NCBI GenBank assembly: GCA_029561455.1
Contig: JAKQIY010000006.1
Coordinates: 142,860-206,859, forward strand
Origin: a bacterium
GTDB lineage: Bacteria > Zhuqueibacterota > Zhuqueibacteria > Residuimicrobiales > Krinioviventaceae
Direction: 5' to 3'
DNA length: 64,000 nt
Each line of letters starts with the position of its first letter. The stretch's first letter is position 1. The position numbers and the translations under genes were made by a program. Positions 57,906 through 64,000 of the stretch are shown piece by piece. The notes below the pieces were generated by a model, which did not search any database, had not been told where the DNA came from, and saw only the letters and a list, made by a program, of their open reading frames with translations.

Positions 57906-58422
57906 ATTATCCAACCTCACCCCTTTTCCCATCATACCAATTGCAATTCCTATCTGCTCTTGAAAACTATTTTATTTGAGCTGAATTCATCTGACGGATA
58001 ATGTATGTTATTTTATTATAATTCTTTAGGCTTGTCTAAAATTTTTTCACCTAAAAAATGAATAATGGTTTTTTTACTTGCTACAAGCATCGAAAATTTA
58101 TATATTGCATCGTGAATGGAGTGGGCCTTTTTTAATCGGGGGGCCTCAAGCTGGACCTCAAATTCGGGATTTATTTAAATTTCCAAAAGCGCAAAAACAC
58201 TATCAAAAGTTATTTTTTACCAGGTGTTATTTTTTACACATTTAATTGTGTTTTTTACAACAGTATGAATTATCAGGGCTTTTAGACCCTGATTTACATT
58301 CATAGCAGGCGTTTAAGAACTATTTAAATTTTTACCTGAAACAAACCTGTAATTAATATTTACTAATTACTACTTATTCAATTATGGGTAATGTTATGGG
58401 TAATTAAGAGGAGGAGGAACAG

Positions 58423-59859
58423 ATGGGTAAATTTTGTAGTAAAATTTTATGGGGAGCGCTGATCACTCTCACTTTCTCAACACTGGTACGTGGTCAAACG
58501 CATTTCTTGTTCACCCCAACTGAAGACTATTATAGTATCATCGTCAGCCAGGCAACAATTGCCGGTCAACCCCTGCAAAACGGCGATGAAATCGGAGTCT
58601 TTTATGATAATGGCAGCGCCATGGTTTGCGCCGGAGCAGTTGTCTGGCCTAACAACGGCATTAGCGCCTGGGGTGATGATTCACAAACTACTGCTAAGGA
58701 TGGCTTTGCTACCGGTGATTTGCTGGTTTTCAAAATCTGGGAGTCAGGATCAGCATCTAATTATGACGATGTAAACGCTACATTCTCAACAGGCAACGGT
58801 ACCTGGGGCAATGGTATTTATGCTCAGGTGAGTCTTGATGCTGTACCATATATCCCTATCGGCCCGGATCTGGATGTACAGGATAATGTTCATTCTTTTA
58901 ATTTCGGGAATATCACTGTCGGATTAAATTCATCGCATACTTTTGTTATTCAGAATGAAGGCGATGCAAGTCTGGATATCTCTTCTATCGATATTGGTGG
59001 AACCAATGCAACTGATTTCAGCATTTCCAGCGGAGGCGGAACTTTCTCTGTTGCTGCCGGCAGCGATCATAATTTGGGTGTACAATTTACTCCAGCGGCA
59101 GCAGGAGCCAAAACTGCAACACTAACCATTTACAGCAACGACCCGGATGAAAACCCCTGGCAAATAATTCTTTCCGGTTCAGGTGAAACAGTCCTGCCGC
59201 ATTATAACTTTGCAGCCACTGAAGACTATTATAGCATTGTAATCAATAATGTGACAATAAATGACCTGCCTTTGCAAAATGGCGATGAAATTGGCGTCTT
59301 TTTTGATAATGGCAGCACCCTGGTTTGCGCAGGCGCAGTTATTTGGCCTGATTATGGTTTGAATGCCTGGGGTGACGACTCCCAAACCAACGACAAAGAT
59401 GGATTTATTGCAGGTGAATACCTGGTTTTTAAAATTTGGGATGCCAGCGCTTCAACCGAGTATACTAATATCAATGCCCTTTATCTGTACGGTGACGGCA
59501 CCTGGGGCAACGGTGTGTTTGCTCAGGTTAATTTGCATAATGTTCCTGTTGCTATTAACACAACAAACGATACAAGACCGATCCAGTTCGATCTGCTACA
59601 AAATTATCCTAATCCATTCAATCCGCAAACAACAATAGAGTATTCCCTGCCGGAAACTGCAGATGTACAGGTCGAGGTTTTTAATATAACTGGACAAAAA
59701 ATATGTACCCTGGTCAATGAAAAATTACAACCGGGGTATTATCGAGTGGTTTGGGATGGTACAAATGACCGTTCCGAAACGGTTAGCGCCGGTATTTATT
59801 ATTTAATCCTTAAAGCCGGAAATTATACCCAAACAAAAAAAATGGCCTTTATTAAATAA
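58423..59859 (+). CDS. T9SS cargo protein with two copies of an uncharacterised ~110-aa domain, 478 aa.
   Basis: There is a strong SD (AAGAGGAGGAGG) and a signal peptide. The internal duplication is FTPTEDYYSIIVSQATIAGQPLQNGDEIGVFYDNGSAMVCAGAVVWPNNGISAWGDDSQTTAKDGFATGDLLVFKIWESGSA, then FAATEDYYSIVINNVTINDLPLQNGDEIGVFFDNGSTLVCAGAVIWPDYGLNAWGDDSQTNDKDGFIAGEYLVFKIWDASAS. The CTD reads NYPNPFNPQTTIEYSLP...VEVFNITGQKICTLV...GIYYLIL...KKMAFIK. Confidence 0.75.
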   Translation: MGKFCSKILWGALITLTFSTLVRGQTHFLFTPTEDYYSIIVSQATIAGQPLQNGDEIGVFYDNGSAMVCAGAVVWPNNGISAWGDDSQTTAKDGFATGDLLVFKIWESGSASNYDDVNATFSTGNGTWGNGIYAQVSLDAVPYIPIGPDLDVQDNVHSFNFGNITVGLNSSHTFVIQNEGDASLDISSIDIGGTNATDFSISSGGGTFSVAAGSDHNLGVQFTPAAAGAKTATLTIYSNDPDENPWQIILSGSGETVLPHYNFAATEDYYSIVINNVTINDLPLQNGDEIGVFFDNGSTLVCAGAVIWPDYGLNAWGDDSQTNDKDGFIAGEYLVFKIWDASASTEYTNINALYLYGDGTWGNGVFAQVNLHNVPVAINTTNDTRPIQFDLLQNYPNPFNPQTTIEYSLPETADVQVEVFNITGQKICTLVNEKLQPGYYRVVWDGTNDRSETVSAGIYYLILKAGNYTQTKKMAFIK

Positions 59860-59885
59860 AAAAATATCTCAATTGTTTTTACTAA

Positions 59886-62800
59886 TTGGAGGGTGAAATG
59901 AATCATTTAAAAAATACAGTTCTTGCCCTGAATATAATGTTTTTCCTATTCCTTATGGGATCATTTTCATTTACGTATTCTGAACCAGAAGCAAAAGCAA
60001 ACGACCGTTTAAAACAATCTGATCAAAACAGGGATGACGGTAAAATTTCAATAATCAGAAAAAAACTGGATGGCTCATTGCTGGGAAAAATTGATTTTTC
60101 CAAAGAAACTGGCAGGATATCAAATACTGAAATACCTGAACCGCCATCTCCACCCACAACGGATGGGTGGCAAACAATCAAATCTGAAACATTTGAAGGT
60201 TCTTTTCCAAACGATTGGCAACTATTAGGAACAGGATGGGGTAAAAGTAATTATCGCAAAAATAATGGCACCTATAGTGGTTGGTGTGCCCAAGGTACGA
60301 ATCCAGGCGGTCATACCTATACATATAACATGAATACCTGGATGATTTATGGTCCTTTTGACTTGTCCGACCCTAACATTACTAATGCAAAACTGTCTTT
60401 CTGGCACTGGACTATATCCGAATATCAATATGATTATTTCATGGTAGGGGTTTCCAGAACCAGTTATAATTCCGGTTACAGTGTTTATGGTTATACCGGT
60501 AACTTTACAACTCTATCCGGAAATGTCAATGGCTGGAATTTCCTGGAGTTTGACTTGAATGATTGGGATGGCGAAGGCGACAGTTATCTTGACGATAATC
60601 AGGTATGGATTGCCTTTGGCTTTGGCAGTGATAATGTTGTAAATTATGAAGGTTCTTATGTGGATGATATATCAATAACCAAAGAAGCATCAGATCCTTT
60701 CACATTAACATCTCCCAATGGCGGGGAAACCTGGTACACGGGAAGTAATCAAAACATCACCTGGAATTCTACCGGCAACAGTGGTAATATTAAAATTGAA
60801 TATACTACCAATGGCACAAGTTGGACAACAATTGTTGCCAGCACTCCGGACGATGGATCTCATCCCTGGACTGTGCCGGATACTCCTTCTACCACCTGTA
60901 AGGTTAAAATTACGGATTCTGATGGAACGCCTACAGATCAAAGTAATAACAACTTTACAATTAAAGCGCCCTTTATTACCGTAGCTTCTCCTAATGGGGG
61001 TGAAAGTTGGGAATCTGGCACTAATCATAATATTACCTGGACTTCCGGGGGAACCAGTGGTAATGTAAAAATTGAATTTACGACCGATGGCTCTAACTGG
61101 ATTTCTATTATTGAAAGCACACCTGATGATGGCGCTCATTCATGGGCTATTCCTGAATCTCCATCAACCAATTGTCGGGTCAGAGTTACCGATGTTGACG
61201 GGAATCCAACGGATACAAGTAATAACTCTTTTACAATTACTGCCCCCAATATCATCATTACTTCTCCTAATGGTGGAGAAAGTTGGCTGCCTGATTCAAG
61301 TCATCCTATTACCTGGACTTCTTACAGAACAAGTGGTAATTTGAATATTGACCTTTCCACTAATAATGGGGTAAGCTGGACGAGAATTCTGTCCAATGTT
61401 ACAGATGATGGCTCAAAATCTTGGACAGTGTCAAATACACCATCATCACAATGTTTGATTGCTATCACCGATGCCGACGGAGCTCCTAGTGATACAAGCG
61501 ATAATGTATTTACAATACAAGGTGATAATATCACTATAACCTCACCCAACGGCGGCGAGAGTTGGGAAGTTGGCAGCGCCCATAACATAACCTGGACGAC
61601 ACTCGGTACTATTCCCAATGTTAAAATCGAATATTCCATTAATAATGGAACAAACTGGAACACAATCAACGCCAATACACCTAACAATAATACACTATCC
61701 TGGACTATACCCGATAACCAATCAACTAATTGTCTTATAAGGGTCGCAGACATCGACGGTACACCCACAGATCAAAGTGACAATGTCTTTACTATAACAA
61801 CACCTCCTTGTCCCCCCCACTTTGCATTTACGGTTACTGAAGACTATTATCCCATTTTATTATATACAGTGACACTCGATGATATCCCGGCAAATACCTG
61901 CGACGAAGTAGGCGTTTTTGCTTCGGATGGTCAGGGTGGGCTGGTATGCGCCGGTGCGGTAACCATTAACGGGGCGCCTCCTTATTCCTTACAAGCATGG
62001 AGCGATGATTCACAAACCGGGGTAAAGGACGGTTTCTCTTCTGGCGAAGCTTTGCATTACCGCTTCTGGGATAGTGAAACACAAACTGAATATGGACCGG
62101 AATTCAACGCGACCTATACTACCGGTAACGGTAACTGGGGAAATGGCGCTATGGCGGAAATCAATCCTCTTCAGTTCAAGGCTGGATGTAATCTGACAAT
62201 AAATCTCCTCGCTGGTTGGAACTGGATTTCCAGCAATGTTGCCCCTGATTCCCCGGATATGGAAACAGTGTGGGCTGGCATCCCCGGCTTGAATATTGTT
62301 AAAGGACAAAGCGGTTTTTATATTCCCGGCGTCATTAACACTATTGGCGATTGGGATGTAAAAAAAATGTACATGGTTAATGTACAATCAGCTTGCCAGT
62401 TAGTAATTACCGGCTCCTGCATTGCCGCCGACATGCCCATTCCCTTACAGCAGAATTGGAACTGGGTAGGTTACTTACCCAATTCCCCGATCAATGCCGA
62501 AACTGCTCTGGCCAGCATTGTCTCACATCTTTCTATTGCAAAATCCCGTAACGGCTTCTATATCCCGGGTACAATCAATAACATTGGTAATATGACCACC
62601 GGCTCCGGTTACCGGATATACCTGGATCAGGCAGCAACTCTCATATACCCCGCTGCTACAGCCAGCCCGGAGCAAAATTTAGCACCCGAATTACATAAAA
62701 CTGCACCACAAAGGCAACATTTTGCAACCAGGCCGCAAAGTGACGATTACCATGCTATAGTCATTGAAAATGTTCAGGGTCTACAACCTGGCGCAGAAAT

Positions 62801-63341
62801 TGCGATATATTCTGAGAATGGTTTATACGCCGGCTCTGTTGTATACACAGGTCAAACTCCCATAGCTCTTTTGGCTTGGGCCGATAACGATGAAACCGAT
62901 CTTGTTGAAGGATTAAAGTCGGGCGAAAAAATGTACTTTAAATATTGGAATGAACAAAATAATAATGCTGTTGAAATGAATTGCCTGGTCAACAAGGGTT
63001 CAGAATTTTTCGGGGCATCACCATATTCATTTGTAACCCTGGAAACCGTAGAGTCCTTACCAACCCGGTTCAGTTTGCAGCAAAATTATCCCAATCCGTT
63101 TAACCCGACCACCACAATTCAATATGAATTACCGGTGGCCTCAAGGGTTGAACTGGCCATTTACAATATTAATGGCGAGTTGATCAAACTCCTGACCAAT
63201 GAATTACATGAAGCAGGCCGGTATACGGCTATTTGGGATGGTACTAATCAAGACAACACTCCAGTATCGTCAGGTATCTATTTTTATCAGCTCGACACCC
63301 AAAAGGAAAAATTTATTAAAAAGTTGACCCTGGTCAAATAA
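59886..63341 (+). CDS. Large T9SS cargo protein, 1151 aa, with five Kre9/KNH-like tandem repeats and two copies of the same ~110-aa domain found in 58423-59859.
   Basis: Five ~80-aa repeats of the form TSPNGGE.W..G..HNITW...GTSGNVKIE.T..G..W..I...TPDDG...W.IP..PST.C.V.VTD.DG.PTD.S.N.FTI lie between residues ~280 and 640. Two domain copies follow (FAFTVTEDYYPILLYTVTLDDIPANTCDEVGVFASDGQGGLVCAGAV...AWSDDSQTGVKDGFSSGEALHYRFWD, and SDDYHAIVIENVQGLQPGAEIAIYSENGLYAGSVV...AWADNDETDLVEGLKSGEKMYFKYWN). The CTD reads NYPNPFNPTTTIQYELP...LAIYNINGELIKLL...GIYFYQL...KKLTLVK. Confidence 0.75.
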   Translation: MEGEMNHLKNTVLALNIMFFLFLMGSFSFTYSEPEAKANDRLKQSDQNRDDGKISIIRKKLDGSLLGKIDFSKETGRISNTEIPEPPSPPTTDGWQTIKSETFEGSFPNDWQLLGTGWGKSNYRKNNGTYSGWCAQGTNPGGHTYTYNMNTWMIYGPFDLSDPNITNAKLSFWHWTISEYQYDYFMVGVSRTSYNSGYSVYGYTGNFTTLSGNVNGWNFLEFDLNDWDGEGDSYLDDNQVWIAFGFGSDNVVNYEGSYVDDISITKEASDPFTLTSPNGGETWYTGSNQNITWNSTGNSGNIKIEYTTNGTSWTTIVASTPDDGSHPWTVPDTPSTTCKVKITDSDGTPTDQSNNNFTIKAPFITVASPNGGESWESGTNHNITWTSGGTSGNVKIEFTTDGSNWISIIESTPDDGAHSWAIPESPSTNCRVRVTDVDGNPTDTSNNSFTITAPNIIITSPNGGESWLPDSSHPITWTSYRTSGNLNIDLSTNNGVSWTRILSNVTDDGSKSWTVSNTPSSQCLIAITDADGAPSDTSDNVFTIQGDNITITSPNGGESWEVGSAHNITWTTLGTIPNVKIEYSINNGTNWNTINANTPNNNTLSWTIPDNQSTNCLIRVADIDGTPTDQSDNVFTITTPPCPPHFAFTVTEDYYPILLYTVTLDDIPANTCDEVGVFASDGQGGLVCAGAVTINGAPPYSLQAWSDDSQTGVKDGFSSGEALHYRFWDSETQTEYGPEFNATYTTGNGNWGNGAMAEINPLQFKAGCNLTINLLAGWNWISSNVAPDSPDMETVWAGIPGLNIVKGQSGFYIPGVINTIGDWDVKKMYMVNVQSACQLVITGSCIAADMPIPLQQNWNWVGYLPNSPINAETALASIVSHLSIAKSRNGFYIPGTINNIGNMTTGSGYRIYLDQAATLIYPAATASPEQNLAPELHKTAPQRQHFATRPQSDDYHAIVIENVQGLQPGAEIAIYSENGLYAGSVVYTGQTPIALLAWADNDETDLVEGLKSGEKMYFKYWNEQNNNAVEMNCLVNKGSEFFGASPYSFVTLETVESLPTRFSLQQNYPNPFNPTTTIQYELPVASRVELAIYNINGELIKLLTNELHEAGRYTAIWDGTNQDNTPVSSGIYFYQLDTQKEKFIKKLTLVK

Positions 63342-63466
63342 TTTAACCGCGAGTAAAGTATATTTGTGTAGAACCGTTAAAGCCAGGTATGGACACAATA
63401 TCTGGCTTTAACATTTTATATTTACCAAGATTTCAGCACAACATAAGCAATGGAGTCGGAAAAATG

Positions 63467-64000
63467 AGGAATATATTATTCTTTCTAGTGATTATTTTAG
63501 GAGCGCAATTGCTTTTTGCCCAGAGCATTACCTTGAATAAACGAATAATGACTGATCAGGAGTTCAATCGTATAAAAGCAAAAATCGGTGTTTATCAGGA
63601 TGGAAAAAATTATAACATTAAAGTCAATGGTCATGGCACCGGTCTAAAACCTCCAACTGAAGCCGAATGGCAGCAAGTTCGCAATTTACCCATACTCGTC
63701 GATAAAATTAATAAAATTGGCGGGGGACTCAAAGCTGCCCCTAATCATGATAATTCAGCTACGAACTGGTTCCCCCCTATCGGTAATCAGGATGGCGAAG
63801 GTTCCTGCGTTGCCTGGGCTGAGGGTTATTATGTGAAAACCTTTCAGGAAGCCCGTGAACATAACTGGAATCTGTCCGGCGCCAGGTGGGAGGGCGGATA
63901 CGATGGAGAACCAAGTTCCGCTTATCAAAATAAAATATTCAGCCCCGATTTCATCTATCATCAAATTAATGATGGCGTAGATGAAGGCGCCTATTTTAGC
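63467..64000 (+). CDS. Secreted papain-like (C1 family-like) cysteine peptidase, N-terminal part only; it is truncated by the window end.
   Basis: A GGAG SD lies 9 nt upstream of the ATG at 63467. A signal peptide is present (MRNILFFLVIILGAQLLFAQ). The block NWFPPIGNQDGEGSCVAWAEGYY resembles the C1 active-site region (Q...G.C..WA), with the Cys in an S-C-V-A-W context. There is no stop before position 64000. Confidence 0.4.

Noticed and set aside
1-64000. CRISPR arrays, tRNA/rRNA genes, and IS or transposase genes.
   Set aside because: I saw no regular direct-repeat/spacer arrays, no tRNA-like GTTC-loop plus acceptor features, no rRNA-like conserved blocks, and no transposase (DDE) or integrase ORFs. 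The tandem repeats seen are gene duplications, not CRISPR.

Overview
This 64 kb window looks like it comes from an FCB-superphylum bacterium (Bacteroidota-like or a related candidate phylum, about 45% GC). The lineage call rests on at least ten proteins that end in a type IX secretion (T9SS, Por) C-terminal sorting domain: NYPNPFNP..T.I.Y.LP, then ..YN.LG..V.TL, then SGIYFY.L and a final KKM.L.K. From the lowest coordinates upward the window contains: (1) a minus-strand run of five very large secreted peptidases, in the order S8, C25-like, S8, M6, M6, interrupted by a spermidine-synthase-like/TPR membrane protein (899-20261); (2) a divergently transcribed TonB-dependent receptor followed by five tandem, mosaic paralogs of an uncharacterised lipoprotein family, with a sixth copy 19 kb away (20462-28215; 46994-47968); (3) a TolB-like beta-propeller protein and an OmpA-family protein; (4) a complete curli functional-amyloid locus: csgE-csgF-csgG followed by seven curlin-repeat (CsgA/B-like) paralogs of 291-619 aa (31112-42115). 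The CsgG homolog carries an extra C-terminal beta-barrel-like domain; (5) a small accessory islet: an uncharacterised 454-aa protein with two tiny translationally coupled genes, an orphan minimal nucleotidyltransferase, a SatD-like HTH protein followed by four palindromic sites, and a small lipoprotein; (6) further T9SS cargo: a CotH-kinase-family protein; two LVIVD-repeat/beta-helix giants, one of them inactivated by two in-frame stop codons; two proteins that share a novel ~110-aa repeated domain, one of which also has five Kre9/KNH-like repeats; and a partial papain-like peptidase at the window edge. A ~1 kb gene-free stretch (57455-58422) is packed with GC-rich hairpins and may encode a small structured RNA. 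No rRNA, tRNA, CRISPR array or obvious transposase was seen. Every family assignment comes from reading motifs by eye; no database search was run.
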